Source of the DNA: an uncultured bacterium
GTDB taxonomy: Bacteria > Omnitrophota > Omnitrophia > Omnitrophales > Aquincolibacteriaceae
Length of the DNA stretch: 64,000 nucleotides
NCBI GenBank assembly: GCA_964445745.1
Contig: CAYULU010000003.1
Coordinates: 2,456-66,455, forward strand
Direction of reading: 5' to 3'
This document shows positions 30,217-39,422 of the stretch, piece by piece. The notes under the pieces are model-generated. The model saw only the letters and a list, made by a program, of their open reading frames with translations, made no database searches and was not told where the DNA came from. Both the position numbers and the translations under genes were made by a program. Positions within the stretch are counted from its first letter, which is position 1. Each line of letters opens with the position of its first letter.

Positions 30217-30273
30217 GAGGCGCAACGGACAACGCGCAAAGCAAAAAGCTTTGAACCGTTGGCGTTGCGCCTC
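30217..30273 (-). other. 57-nt nested inverted repeat (about 22-bp RNA hairpin) 15 nt downstream of the rplQ stop
   Basis: GAGGCGCAACG/CGTTGCGCCTC (11 bp), CAACG/CGTTG (5 bp) and CAAAGC/GCTTTG (6 bp) around a 5-nt loop. No U-tract follows on the transcribed strand. Confidence 0.7.
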
Positions 30274-30287
30274 AAATTTTCGGTCGT

Positions 30288-30851
30288 TTATTTCTTCGTG
30301 TCGTCGCTCTTAAACCAACTTCGCAAACCGCCTAAAAATCCACCGCGCTTTTCAGCCTCTTTTTTGGCCTCAGCCTTGTCGGCAGATTCTTTCTTTTCTT
30401 CGGTCTTGGGCAATTCTTTCGCGGCCGGTTTCTCCGAAAGCTTCTCAACCGGTTTTTTTTCTTTTTTCTTTTTTGTCTTTTTTACCGGGGCTTCGAAAAC
30501 AGCGGTCCACTCAAGAATCGCCATTTGAGCGGCATCTCCCACGCGGGTTCCGGTTCGAAGTACACGCGTATATCCCCCTTGCCGACCTTTAAACTGAGGC
30601 GCGATCACGACCTCCAAAAGACGTGCGACATCAACATCCCCCAGCTTTGAAATCAGCGTCCGACGGGAATGGAGTGTCTTTTTTTTCGCAATTGTAACCA
30701 TTTTGTCCGCATAAGCACTCGCCTCTTTGGCCTTGGCGTGCGTGGTCTCAATTCTTTTTTTGAGCACAAGCGCTCGGACAAGGTTCCTGAGCAAGGCCTT
30801 ACGGTGTGAACTTACAACTCCCAATTTTCGACGTAAACGACGGTGACGCAT
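30288..30851 (-). CDS. rplQ: 50S ribosomal protein L17 with long Lys/Glu-rich C-terminal tail
   Basis: MRHRRLRRKLGVVSSHRKALLRNL... L17 core of about 120 aa, then a low-complexity tail of about 65 aa. Last gene of the alpha operon. Confidence 0.93.
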   Translation of the reverse strand: MRHRRLRRKLGVVSSHRKALLRNLVRALVLKKRIETTHAKAKEASAYADKMVTIAKKKTLHSRRTLISKLGDVDVARLLEVVIAPQFKGRQGGYTRVLRTGTRVGDAAQMAILEWTAVFEAPVKKTKKKKEKKPVEKLSEKPAAKELPKTEEKKESADKAEAKKEAEKRGGFLGGLRSWFKSDDTKK

Positions 30852-30874
30852 AAAAAATACCTATTCCTTCTGGC

Positions 30875-31885
30875 TTAAGACGCGGCCTGGGACGATCCGG
30901 CTTCGGCCGTTTTCTTCCCAAGCTTGTCGTCAAGGTTCATTCCGAGATGAAGATTCATCGAGGTCAGGATCTGCGAGATCTCGGTGAGAGACTTCTTCCC
31001 GAAGTTCTTGTATTTAAGCATCTGAGCTTCCGTCTTCTGAACAAGATCGCCAATGGTCTTAATGTTTGCGGCCTCGAGGCAGTTAGCGCTGCGCACGGAA
31101 AGCTCCAGTTCGCTGATAGGTTTATTGACAACTTCCATAAACCCGTGATCCGTTTCCTCTTCTTCCTCTTCCTCTTCGGGAAGCTCACCATAATTAACGA
31201 AGATATCCAGGTGACGCTGGAGAATATTGGACGCATAAAGCAACGCCTCTTCAGGGCCCATGGCACCATTCGTCCAGACTTCAAGGATAAGGCGATCATA
31301 ATCGGTCGTTTGTCCGACCCGGGTATCTTCTACGGTAAAATTCACTTTGGTCACAGGGGAAAAAACAGAATCGACGCTCACCACACCAATCGTCGCTTCA
31401 TCCTGTTTGTTTTTCTCAGCCGGCACGTATCCGCGTCCCCGGCCAATTTCCATTTCCATCTTGAACGGAACCGCTTTGGAAAGTGTGCAAATCACAAGAT
31501 CCGGATTGACAATTTCCACGGTTTCATCCGCCTCGATGTCAGACGCCTTGACCGGCCCCTGTTTTTTTACATTAATATAAATATTTTTGGGCCCCTTGCC
31601 GTGATAGCGAAGCACCAGTTTTTTAACATTCAAAACGATCTGTGCACCATCTTCGACCACACCGTCCAAGGTCGCAAACTCATGGAGCATCCCGTCAATC
31701 TTGATGTTGGTCACAGCAGCACCCTCAATCGATGAAATCAAAACCCGCCGAAGGGCATTTCCGATCGTCGTTCCGTAACCCCGTTCAAAGGGCTCGGCAA
31801 CAAATTTTGCATAGGTGGCAGTCAGCGTGTTCTTGTCCGCTTCCAGGCGCTTTGGCATTTCAAAAGTTTTCCAACGTATTCCCAT
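30875..31885 (-). CDS. rpoA: DNA-directed RNA polymerase subunit alpha
   Basis: MGIRWKTFEMPKRLE...FVAEPFERGYGTTIGNALRR. ATG at 31885 follows GGAGG by 8 nt; the ORF-track start at 31948 is an upstream extension. Has a poly-Glu linker. Confidence 0.95.
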   Translation of the reverse strand: MGIRWKTFEMPKRLEADKNTLTATYAKFVAEPFERGYGTTIGNALRRVLISSIEGAAVTNIKIDGMLHEFATLDGVVEDGAQIVLNVKKLVLRYHGKGPKNIYINVKKQGPVKASDIEADETVEIVNPDLVICTLSKAVPFKMEMEIGRGRGYVPAEKNKQDEATIGVVSVDSVFSPVTKVNFTVEDTRVGQTTDYDRLILEVWTNGAMGPEEALLYASNILQRHLDIFVNYGELPEEEEEEEETDHGFMEVVNKPISELELSVRSANCLEAANIKTIGDLVQKTEAQMLKYKNFGKKSLTEISQILTSMNLHLGMNLDDKLGKKTAEAGSSQAAS

Positions 31886-31905
31886 TTTATTTTCCTCCGG
31901 TGACT

Positions 31906-31946
31906 CCCGCACTGCGGGGCAAAATTGATCCGTTTGCTCACGGATC
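31906..31946 (-). promoter_or_regulatory. Two hairpins in the rpsD-rpoA spacer
   Basis: Minus strand GATCCGT-gagcaa-ACGGATC (followed by AATTTTG), then CCCGC-agt-GCGGG just upstream of the rpoA GGAGG. Confidence 0.35.
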
Positions 31947-32020
31947 ATTTAATTTTTATCAAGATCCCGTCGCTTGCGCTCCATTCTGTCTGATCGAAGC
32001 AGGCGAATCGGGCAAAAAGA

Positions 32021-32644
32021 CTACTTGGAATACAACTCTACGATCAGCGATTCCTCGACCGGCAATCCCGCATCCGATTTTTTCGGGAATCTCAACACCT
32101 CACTGACCATTTTTTCTCTATCAAGACCGACCCATTCAGGTGCGGTTAAATCCTTCCACTTCTCAAAGCTCGCCTGCACCCGTTTTTGGGTTGCTTCCTT
32201 TGCCTTAGGAGCAATCTTATCACCGACTTTGACGAGGTAAGAAGGGACATCCACTTTCTGACCGTTCACGGTGATAAGACCGTGAGTTACCATCTGTCGA
32301 GCTTCACGGCGCGATGTGCAAAAAAGTGAACGATAGACAACGTTATCAAGACGCCGCTCCAAGGATTCTATCAGCGTTTCACCTGTGACACCTTTCTTTT
32401 GGGCAGCCCGATAAAAAAAGACGCGAAACTGGCGCTCACCCAGCCCGTAGATTCTCTTCATTTTTTGCTTCTCACGAAGCTGAACTCCGTAATCTGAGAT
32501 CTTAGAACGTTGGGCGCCATGTTGACCAGGAGGATTAGTTAAGCGTTTGTCATGCTTTTCATCCGTGGTGCGACGGCCTTTAAGCCCAAGGTTCACTCCC
32601 TCGCGCCGATGAAGTTTAATAACTGGACCGCGATACCTTCCCAT
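32021..32644 (-). CDS. rpsD: 30S ribosomal protein S4
   Basis: 207 aa, MGRYRGPVIKLHRREGVNL...; alpha-operon position. Confidence 0.95.
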   Translation of the reverse strand: MGRYRGPVIKLHRREGVNLGLKGRRTTDEKHDKRLTNPPGQHGAQRSKISDYGVQLREKQKMKRIYGLGERQFRVFFYRAAQKKGVTGETLIESLERRLDNVVYRSLFCTSRREARQMVTHGLITVNGQKVDVPSYLVKVGDKIAPKAKEATQKRVQASFEKWKDLTAPEWVGLDREKMVSEVLRFPKKSDAGLPVEESLIVELYSK

Positions 32645-32647
32645 AGC

Positions 32648-33019
32648 TTAAACCCTCCTCTTTTTCGGCGGACGACATCCGTTGTGCGGAACCGGAGTAA
32701 TGTCGTGGATCGCCGTCACCGAAAGTCCAGCGGCCTGAAGAGCTCGGATTGCGGATTCACGACCAGCGCCCGGCCCTTTGATATAGACCTCGACTTCTTT
32801 CATCCCATACTCCATCGCCTTTTTTGCGGCTTTTTCGGACGCAATCTGCGCTGCAAACGGGGTCGACTTTTTAGATCCCTTAAAACCGGCAGATCCCGCC
32901 GATTCCCAAACAAGGGAATTACCGCCAGCATCCGAGATGGTAATGATCGTATTATTAAAACTTGCCGCGATATGAACCACACCGCGAGCCAGATGTTTGA
33001 TCTTTTTTTTCTTTGCCAT
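32648..33019 (-). CDS. rpsK: 30S ribosomal protein S11
   Basis: 123 aa, [18 protein letters not shown]...[10 protein letters not shown]. Confidence 0.95.
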   Translation of the reverse strand: MAKKKKIKHLARGVVHIAASFNNTIITISDAGGNSLVWESAGSAGFKGSKKSTPFAAQIASEKAAKKAMEYGMKEVEVYIKGPGAGRESAIRALQAAGLSVTAIHDITPVPHNGCRPPKKRRV

Positions 33020-33176
33020 TATAGTTTCCTCATTTCAAATGAACCCGTAACATTGCTTTGGGAAGCAACGAAACCGGGAAATTTAATTTACTCGTTATCC
33101 GCACTGATCAGAGATCCAAACGTGTCATGATAAAAAACCATCCCGAACCGTTCGCTCAACAAGAATCAGTCACGCT

Positions 33177-33563
33177 TTATTTAGGCGCGGGGGCCTTCTT
33201 GCTAAGACCACCCACCGTTCTTCTTTTCCCCTTGCGCGTACGCGAATTTGTATGCGTTCTTTGTCCACGCACCGGAAGTCCCTTAACATGCCGGACTCCC
33301 CGGTAGCAACGAATATCCATCAACCGCTTGATATTCATTTGCACCTCTCGGCGCAAATCACCTTCCACGCGGCAGGTCTTCTGGATAATACCGGTAATCG
33401 CCGAAATCTCGGTCTCGGTCAAATCATTAGCACGTTTATTCCAGTCGACATGCGCCTCATCCAGCACCTGTCGTGAACGCGCCCGGCCGATTCCGTACAA
33501 ATACGTCAGGGCAATTTCTACTTTTTTTTCTCTTGGGATATCCACACCAAAAATACGCGGCAT
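33177..33563 (-). CDS. rpsM: 30S ribosomal protein S13
   Basis: 128 aa, [26 protein letters not shown]. Confidence 0.95.
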   Translation of the reverse strand: MPRIFGVDIPREKKVEIALTYLYGIGRARSRQVLDEAHVDWNKRANDLTETEISAITGIIQKTCRVEGDLRREVQMNIKRLMDIRCYRGVRHVKGLPVRGQRTHTNSRTRKGKRRTVGGLSKKAPAPK

Positions 33564-33623
33564 AACTTAGTTTCCTTTCCTGAGCAAGTTATTCGAATTT
33601 TTTTAAAACGGATGCGAGTCTGC

Positions 33624-33737
33624 TCAGCCTTGTCTTTGCTTGTGCTTCGGATTAGAGCATATCACGTAGATGTAGCCTTTTCGGCGTACGATCTTGCATT
33701 TTTCACAAATTCTTTTTATTGAGCTTCTAACTTTCAT
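33624..33737 (-). CDS. rpmJ: 50S ribosomal protein L36 (zinc-binding form)
   Basis: Own translation (below ORF-track size cutoff): [37 protein letters not shown], then TGA. Confidence 0.93.
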   Translation of the reverse strand: MKVRSSIKRICEKCKIVRRKGYIYVICSNPKHKQRQG

Positions 33738-33753
33738 ATTTTCTCCTTAACGA

Positions 33754-33972
33754 TCATTTAACCCGAAACGTAATTCGTCCGCGCGTCAGGTCATAAGGTG
33801 AAAGCTCCACCTTCACCTTGTCTCCCGGAAGAATGCGGATGTAATGCATCCTCATTTTACCCGAAATATGAGCGAGCACCTTGTGCCCATTTTCAAGTTC
33901 AACTCGAAACATCGCATTGGGGAGAGGCTCAACCACTGTTCCTTCCACCTCAATTGCATCTTCCTTCGGCAT
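33754..33972 (-). CDS. infA: Translation initiation factor IF-1
   Basis: 72 aa, ...[32 protein letters not shown]. Confidence 0.95.
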   Translation of the reverse strand: MPKEDAIEVEGTVVEPLPNAMFRVELENGHKVLAHISGKMRMHYIRILPGDKVKVELSPYDLTRGRITFRVK

Positions 33973-34730
33973 TATTCGGTTGCCTCGTCTTTAGTAATAT
34001 TAATAAAACCATCTTCTGTAAACGCGACCGTGTTTTCGTAATGACTCGCACACTTCCGATCCTTGGTCACTACCGTCCAGCCATTCGACAAAGTTTCAAC
34101 CGCATAACTTCCGTCCGTTACCATCGGCTCAATTGCAATCACAAGCCCTGGCACGATCTTTGCGCCCCGCCCCGCCTTCCCATAATTGGGAACCTGCGGA
34201 TCTTCATGCAATTCCCGACCAATACCGTGACCGGCATAATCCCGAACGACCTGAAACCCTTGTGATTCCACATACTTTTGAATTGTCTCTGAAAGATCCC
34301 CAATTCGCCAGCCCACTTTAACCTTGGACAAAACAACATCGAAGGAATCTTTAGCCGTCGCAATCAACTTCTTTCGGCGATCATCAATTTCTCCAACCGC
34401 CCAGGTTCTTGCCGCATCCGTGTGAAAGCCGTTCCATTTTACGCCAGCATCAATGCTAACGATGTCTCCATTAAAAAGCGGCTGGTCTCCCGGTATCCCG
34501 TGGACCACCTCTTCATTAAGTGAAACACAAATCGACGCTGGATACCCCCGATACCCTTTAAAGGAGGGCTGGGCACCGTTCTCGCGAATCACTCTTTCAG
34601 CAACTTGATCCAGCTCGATTCCTGTTACGTTCTCACGGATCATCGGACGAAGGGTTTTGAAAACCTCTTGCAAAATCTTCCCCGATTCTTTGATAATCTG
34701 TATTTCGCGGCTTGATTTTAGTTCAATCAT
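33972..34730 (-). CDS. map: Methionine aminopeptidase, type I
   Basis: 252 aa with [18 protein letters not shown] and AIEPM metal-ligand contexts. Confidence 0.92.
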   Translation of the reverse strand: MIELKSSREIQIIKESGKILQEVFKTLRPMIRENVTGIELDQVAERVIRENGAQPSFKGYRGYPASICVSLNEEVVHGIPGDQPLFNGDIVSIDAGVKWNGFHTDAARTWAVGEIDDRRKKLIATAKDSFDVVLSKVKVGWRIGDLSETIQKYVESQGFQVVRDYAGHGIGRELHEDPQVPNYGKAGRGAKIVPGLVIAIEPMVTDGSYAVETLSNGWTVVTKDRKCASHYENTVAFTEDGFINITKDEATE

Positions 34731-34736
34731 GCCGCA

Positions 34737-35393
34737 TCAGCCAACTTTCTCAAAGAGCTCTGCTAATTTTTTTTGAACCGATGGAGCATCTCCGTCTGCC
34801 TGAACATCACGAAGAATCCCTTTTCGGGCATAATATTCAATCAAAGGTTTCGTCGAATCATGATAAACCGCGAGGCGCTTGCGAATAGTCTCCGGTTGGT
34901 CATCTTTTCGAGTCACAAGAGGTTGTCCGTGACAATCACAAATTCCTTCGACTTTAGGCGGCATATTTTTCACATGATATATTTTCCCATCAACCGGGCA
35001 CAATCTGCGGCCAGAAAGACGTTCGACCACTACCGCTTCCGACGCATCAAAATTGATTGCCGCGGTCAGCACCATTTTTTCTGACGCGAGAAATTTATCA
35101 AGTTCTTCAGCCTGCCCCATCGTCCTCGGGTATCCGTCAAGAATAAAACCCTCATACCTTTTCGTTTTAAGCATTTTGATTTCCGCAAACATCATGTTAT
35201 TTACCAGCATATCCGGTACGAGCTCACCCCGAGCCATAATATCCTTGGCTTCCATGCCAAGCGACGTGCCTTCCTTGATGTTCCGACGAAGAATATCTCC
35301 CGCCGCAAGATGGCAGAGACGTTGCGTCTTACTCAGGACTTCGGCATGCGTCCCCTTTCCCGCCCCGGGAGGCCCTAAAAAAATCAAATTCAT
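34737..35393 (-). CDS. adk: Adenylate kinase
   Basis: 218 aa with P-loop GPPGAGKGT and a Cys-containing lid (CPVDGKIYH...CDCHG). Confidence 0.93.
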   Translation of the reverse strand: MNLIFLGPPGAGKGTHAEVLSKTQRLCHLAAGDILRRNIKEGTSLGMEAKDIMARGELVPDMLVNNMMFAEIKMLKTKRYEGFILDGYPRTMGQAEELDKFLASEKMVLTAAINFDASEAVVVERLSGRRLCPVDGKIYHVKNMPPKVEGICDCHGQPLVTRKDDQPETIRKRLAVYHDSTKPLIEYYARKGILRDVQADGDAPSVQKKLAELFEKVG

Positions 35394-35395
35394 GC

Positions 35396-36745
35396 CTACC
35401 TCCGCCCCTTAATCCGGCCCTTTTTAATAAAGCCGTCATAATGCCGCATAATGAGTTGGGATTCGATAGCGCGCATCACATCCAACACAACCCCCACGAT
35501 GATCAGCAAACCGGTACCACCAAAAAAACTGGCAACCAAAAATGGAATGTTTAACACATGCTGCGATGAGACAATGCTCGGGAAAAGAGCAATGAGCGCC
35601 AGAATAACAGCCCCCGCCATCGCAATGCGTGTCATCAAATAGTCTAGATACTCCGCAGTATTTTTCCCAGGGCGGATGCCCGGAATGAAACCACCATATT
35701 TTTGAAGATTATCACTTACATCAACAGGATTAAAAGTGATCGCCGTATAAAAAAATGTAAAAAAGACAATTCCAAGAGCATAGATCAAAGAATAGGTGAT
35801 CGTACCGTAAGCTAAAAGCTGAGCGGCCTGCGTCAACATCCCCGCGTTCGGGAAAAACCCTGCCAGCGTCGCTGGAAAAAGGATAACCGATTGTGCAAAA
35901 ATGATTGGGATCACGCCCGCCTGATTAACCTTCAGCGGTAAATAGGTGCTTTGTCCTCCGTACACCCTGTGGCCTCGTATCTGCTTCGCGTACTGAACCG
36001 GGATTTTTCTCTGCCCCTGAATAATCAGGATCAAAAAGAGAACCGCCCCGACAAACAGCGAACACATAATGCCAAATTTCCACCACGGTAATTGTTGCCG
36101 GGATGGATCCAACGGCGACAATAAGATCCAAGTCTGACGCAAAGCTTCGGGAAGCGATTCAATAATACCCGCCGTGATAATAATCGACATCCCGTTGCCA
36201 ATTCCGTAAGAGTCGATTTGTTCGCCGAGCCACATAATAAAAGCGGTCCCTGTCGTCATGGTCAACATACACATGAGACGAAAGCCCCAGCCGGGATCCG
36301 GAACAATCACCGTTCCGTTGAATGCCGCAGGATTTTCAAGCCAAAGAGCAATAAAAAAAGTTTGTAAAATACTCAGAATGATTGTGCCGTAGCGGGTCAG
36401 CTGGATGATTTTTTTTCGACCTTCTTCGCCCTCCTTGGCCATTTTCTCAAGCGCGGGAATCACCACGGTCAGAAGCTGCAAAATAATGGATGCCGAGATG
36501 TACGGCATAATTCCAAGTGCAAAAATTGTTGCCTTTTGGAGCGCTCCGCCAGTGAACATTCCCATAAAGCCGAGCAGGCTACCACCGCCCATGTTTTGCT
36601 GAAAAAATCTTGCCAACGCTACACCGTCGATACCGGGAGTCGGCACATAAGTCCCGATCCGGTAGATCGCGATAATCATGAACGTGAAAAAAATCTTCTT
36701 TCGAAGATCGGGGATTTTAAGGATATTACCGAACGCTTGTAGCAC
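35396..36745 (-). CDS. secY: Preprotein translocase subunit SecY
   Basis: 449-aa polytopic ORF with GTG start; GIMPYISASII and spc-operon position. Confidence 0.95.
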   Translation of the reverse strand: MLQAFGNILKIPDLRKKIFFTFMIIAIYRIGTYVPTPGIDGVALARFFQQNMGGGSLLGFMGMFTGGALQKATIFALGIMPYISASIILQLLTVVIPALEKMAKEGEEGRKKIIQLTRYGTIILSILQTFFIALWLENPAAFNGTVIVPDPGWGFRLMCMLTMTTGTAFIMWLGEQIDSYGIGNGMSIIITAGIIESLPEALRQTWILLSPLDPSRQQLPWWKFGIMCSLFVGAVLFLILIIQGQRKIPVQYAKQIRGHRVYGGQSTYLPLKVNQAGVIPIIFAQSVILFPATLAGFFPNAGMLTQAAQLLAYGTITYSLIYALGIVFFTFFYTAITFNPVDVSDNLQKYGGFIPGIRPGKNTAEYLDYLMTRIAMAGAVILALIALFPSIVSSQHVLNIPFLVASFFGGTGLLIIVGVVLDVMRAIESQLIMRHYDGFIKKGRIKGRR

Positions 36746-36813
36746 CAGAACTCCGTTCTTATAATGACCTCAAGCTTTGCTTCACAATGTGAAGTTGCAG
36801 AGGGGAATTTATA

Positions 36814-37245
36814 TTACTTTTTAAGCAGAACCGCTTGACCGCCCTGAGCTTCGATTTTACTTTTGGCGGAAGCGCTAAAACTATGAGCCTTGACCGTTAC
36901 AGCCACCTTCAGATCGCCCATACCAAGAACCTTAAGGCCATCCTGAAGTTTTTTAATCACGCCGCACGTACGCAGAATTTCCGGCGTGATTTCCTTTTCA
37001 TCAAGCATTGCAATCTGCTTCAAATTTACGATCGCATAGGATGTTTTAAATTCATTATTGTTAAAACCCCGCTTGGGGAGACGTCGGTACAAAGGATTTT
37101 GGCCCCCTTCAAATCCGGGACGAAATCGGTAGCCCGATCGCGCCCGTTGCCCTTTGTGACCCTTAGTGGACGTTTTCCCATGCCCTGAACCAATGCCACA
37201 TCCCAGACGTTTTGCTCTTTTTTTATAAGGAGTTTTATGCCGCAT
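36814..37245 (-). CDS. rplO: 50S ribosomal protein L15
   Basis: ...[25 protein letters not shown]. Start is uncertain (ATG 37245, TTG 37251 or TTG 37269); every option overlaps the rpsE 3' end. Confidence 0.9.
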   Translation of the reverse strand: MRHKTPYKKRAKRLGCGIGSGHGKTSTKGHKGQRARSGYRFRPGFEGGQNPLYRRLPKRGFNNNEFKTSYAIVNLKQIAMLDEKEITPEILRTCGVIKKLQDGLKVLGMGDLKVAVTVKAHSFSASAKSKIEAQGGQAVLLKK

Positions 37246-37819
37246 GTTCAACCTTCTTTTCTTCTTCAACTTTATCCATACGAATTTTCCGATCCACTAG
37301 CGAGGTCAATCCATCCACCGAAGCCTTCAATACATTGATCGAATTATCACTGCCAAGACTTTTCGTCAAAATATCTTTGATACCGCAAGCCTCACAGGCC
37401 GCACGAACCGATCCCCCTGCAATGACTCCCGTCCCCGGAGCCGCCGGTTTCAAAAGCACTTTAGCCGCACCATATCTTCCGATAATTTCATGCGGGATAG
37501 TGGTTCCCTTGAGGGTAATCTTAATTTTAGTTTTACGAGCTGCAACAAGGGCTTTCTTGATCGCATCCGCTACTTCATTAGCCTTCCCTTGAGCAAAACC
37601 GATTTCGCCAGCTCCGTTCCCCACGATCACAAGAGCACTGAAACTAAACCGTTTCCCCCCCTTAACAACCTTAGCGCAACGGTTAACCTGTATGACTTTT
37701 TCAAAAGTCGTTGAATCCATTCCCATCCGCGATGCGGAGGCAATGACCGTTTTGCCGGGCCTTTGATGAAGAGCCCCTTCCTTTTTTTCGTGAGTTGCGG
37801 GTGTTGCTGGCTTTTGCAT
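37235..37819 (-). CDS. rpsE: 30S ribosomal protein S5
   Basis: [31 protein letters not shown]... The conserved core begins near residue 38 of the 194-aa ORF; the internal ATG at 37726 is an alternative start. Confidence 0.92.
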   Translation of the reverse strand: MQKPATPATHEKKEGALHQRPGKTVIASASRMGMDSTTFEKVIQVNRCAKVVKGGKRFSFSALVIVGNGAGEIGFAQGKANEVADAIKKALVAARKTKIKITLKGTTIPHEIIGRYGAAKVLLKPAAPGTGVIAGGSVRAACEACGIKDILTKSLGSDNSINVLKASVDGLTSLVDRKIRMDKVEEEKKVEHAA

Positions 37820-37980
37820 GCTTAAATTGATTCCTTTCTTAATAAATTAACCATTACAAATGTAAACGATAGCTACGTTATTCCAGTAAATTTTTTTTAC
37901 CCGTGTCATATGCTTTGTATTAAACTCGCCACAGCCACTGAACCGTTTTTACATACCTTACACGCGAAAGAACAAGTTGA

Positions 37981-38343
37981 CTAAAACTGGATACCGCCTT
38001 TGCGAATTGAATCCGCAAAAGCTTTTACCCTTCCGTGATAGAGATAACCTCCACGGTCAAATGCAATCTGCTTGATCCCTTTTTTCTTGAGGTCTGCCGC
38101 GAATGCTTCTCCAAGCTTTTCTGCCACAAGGATCTTTCCTTTTTGCGCAACCTGCTTAAGAAACTCTTTGCTGAGTGAAGAACAGGCAGCGATTGTTTTG
38201 TGAGAAACATCGTCAATGGCTTGAGCCTGAAGACTCATGAGCGAACGGTGTACCACAACCCGAGGGCGCTCTGCGGTACCCGTGATTTTCCGGCGAATTC
38301 TTTCGTGTCTTGCTACTCGTCCCAATTCCTTAAGATTTGACAT
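37981..38343 (-). CDS. rplR: 50S ribosomal protein L18
   Basis: MSNLKELGRVARHERIRRKITGTAERPRVVVHRS. The ORF-track start at 38469 overlaps rplF; ATG at 38343 was chosen. Confidence 0.93.
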   Translation of the reverse strand: MSNLKELGRVARHERIRRKITGTAERPRVVVHRSLMSLQAQAIDDVSHKTIAACSSLSKEFLKQVAQKGKILVAEKLGEAFAADLKKKGIKQIAFDRGGYLYHGRVKAFADSIRKGGIQF

Positions 38344-38362
38344 ATTTTTTAAAGTCCCTGGA

Positions 38363-38899
38363 TTAGCCGACCGCTTTACCCTGTTTTCGGCGAACATACT
38401 CGCCCGTGTATCGAATACCTTTGCCCTTATAAGGCTCTGGCTTATAAAAACTACGGATCTCTGCCGCAACCTGTCCCACTCGCTGTTTATCGAGTCCCGT
38501 CACCACGATATTTGTCGGCTTGGGACATTTAATTTCAATATCCTTTCCAAAGGAATATTCGATGGGATGCGTAAAACCAAGAGACATCGAAAGCACGTTC
38601 CCTTTCACGGCCGCCTTCACACCTACGCCCACAATATCCAGTTCTTTGGAATAACCTTGCGTGACACCCACAACCATATTTTGGATCAGGGCACGGGTCA
38701 ATCCATGCAGGGCACGATCACTACCGTCATTCGTTGCACGTGTCACTTTTACTTCATTCCCTTCCATCGCCACTTTGACGCGCGGATGCACCGCCATGGA
38801 AAGAACGCCTTTAGGACCCTGAACCTGGACGTTCTGCCCCTGGACCGTAATTTTAACTTTTTCAGGTATTGTGACCGGTTTTTTCCCGATACGCGACAT
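38363..38899 (-). CDS. rplF: 50S ribosomal protein L6
   Basis: MSRIGKKPVTIPEKVKITV... ATG at 38899 follows GGAG by 6 nt. Confidence 0.94.
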   Translation of the reverse strand: MSRIGKKPVTIPEKVKITVQGQNVQVQGPKGVLSMAVHPRVKVAMEGNEVKVTRATNDGSDRALHGLTRALIQNMVVGVTQGYSKELDIVGVGVKAAVKGNVLSMSLGFTHPIEYSFGKDIEIKCPKPTNIVVTGLDKQRVGQVAAEIRSFYKPEPYKGKGIRYTGEYVRRKQGKAVG

Positions 38900-38993
38900 A
38901 CATTTCTCCGTTAACATTTGCCCGAAAACATCTTGCTATCTTTTCGAGCTAAAAACTTTATTTACAATGATTCAGTTCGATTTTCAACAAGCC

Positions 38994-39395
38994 TTACCAG
39001 ACGTGGCAGAGAATCTCTCCACCCGCCTTATTTTCACGGGCCTGACGATCCGTCATGACACCTTTGGGCGTCGACAAAATTGCAATACCCAACCCCCCTT
39101 GAACTTTTGGGATTTCATTGCTCCCGACGTAGTAACGAATGCCCGGTTTGGAAATTCGCTTGATGCCCTGAACCGCCGGTTTTTTTTCTGCACCAATATA
39201 CTTCATATGAATTCGTGCAAACCGCTTTTCTCCTTCAGTAAAAGGCTTCACATTCTCGATAAAACCTTCTTCTTTGAGGATTTCGGCAAGTCGCACCGTC
39301 AGGCTAGACGCCGACACCGTCAGCTTGTCTTTTTTTGCCTGAGCCGCATTACGAATGCTTGTTAAAAAATCACCGATAAAATCGGAACGTGACAT
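38994..39395 (-). CDS. rpsH: 30S ribosomal protein S8
   Basis: MSRSDFIGDFLTSIRNA... The second ATG (39395) has GGAG 7 nt upstream; the first ATG is at 39407. Confidence 0.93.
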   Translation of the reverse strand: MSRSDFIGDFLTSIRNAAQAKKDKLTVSASSLTVRLAEILKEEGFIENVKPFTEGEKRFARIHMKYIGAEKKPAVQGIKRISKPGIRYYVGSNEIPKVQGGLGIAILSTPKGVMTDRQARENKAGGEILCHVW

Positions 39396-39410
39396 TTTTT
39401 TCTCCATTTA

Positions 39411-39422
39411 CCCCGTGAGGGG
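39411..39422 (-). promoter_or_regulatory. Hairpin abutting the first rpsH ATG
   Basis: Minus strand CCCC-tcac-GGGG-taa-ATG. A second hairpin, CTGTG-N10-CACAG, lies at 39444..39463. Confidence 0.3.

Noticed and set aside
37820-37980. 19-codon ORF (MTRVKKIYWNNVAIVYICNG) in the rplR-rpsE spacer, considered as a possible degenerate small r-protein
   Set aside because: It has no SD, shows no similarity to L30 or any r-protein, and is in the wrong position for rpmD.
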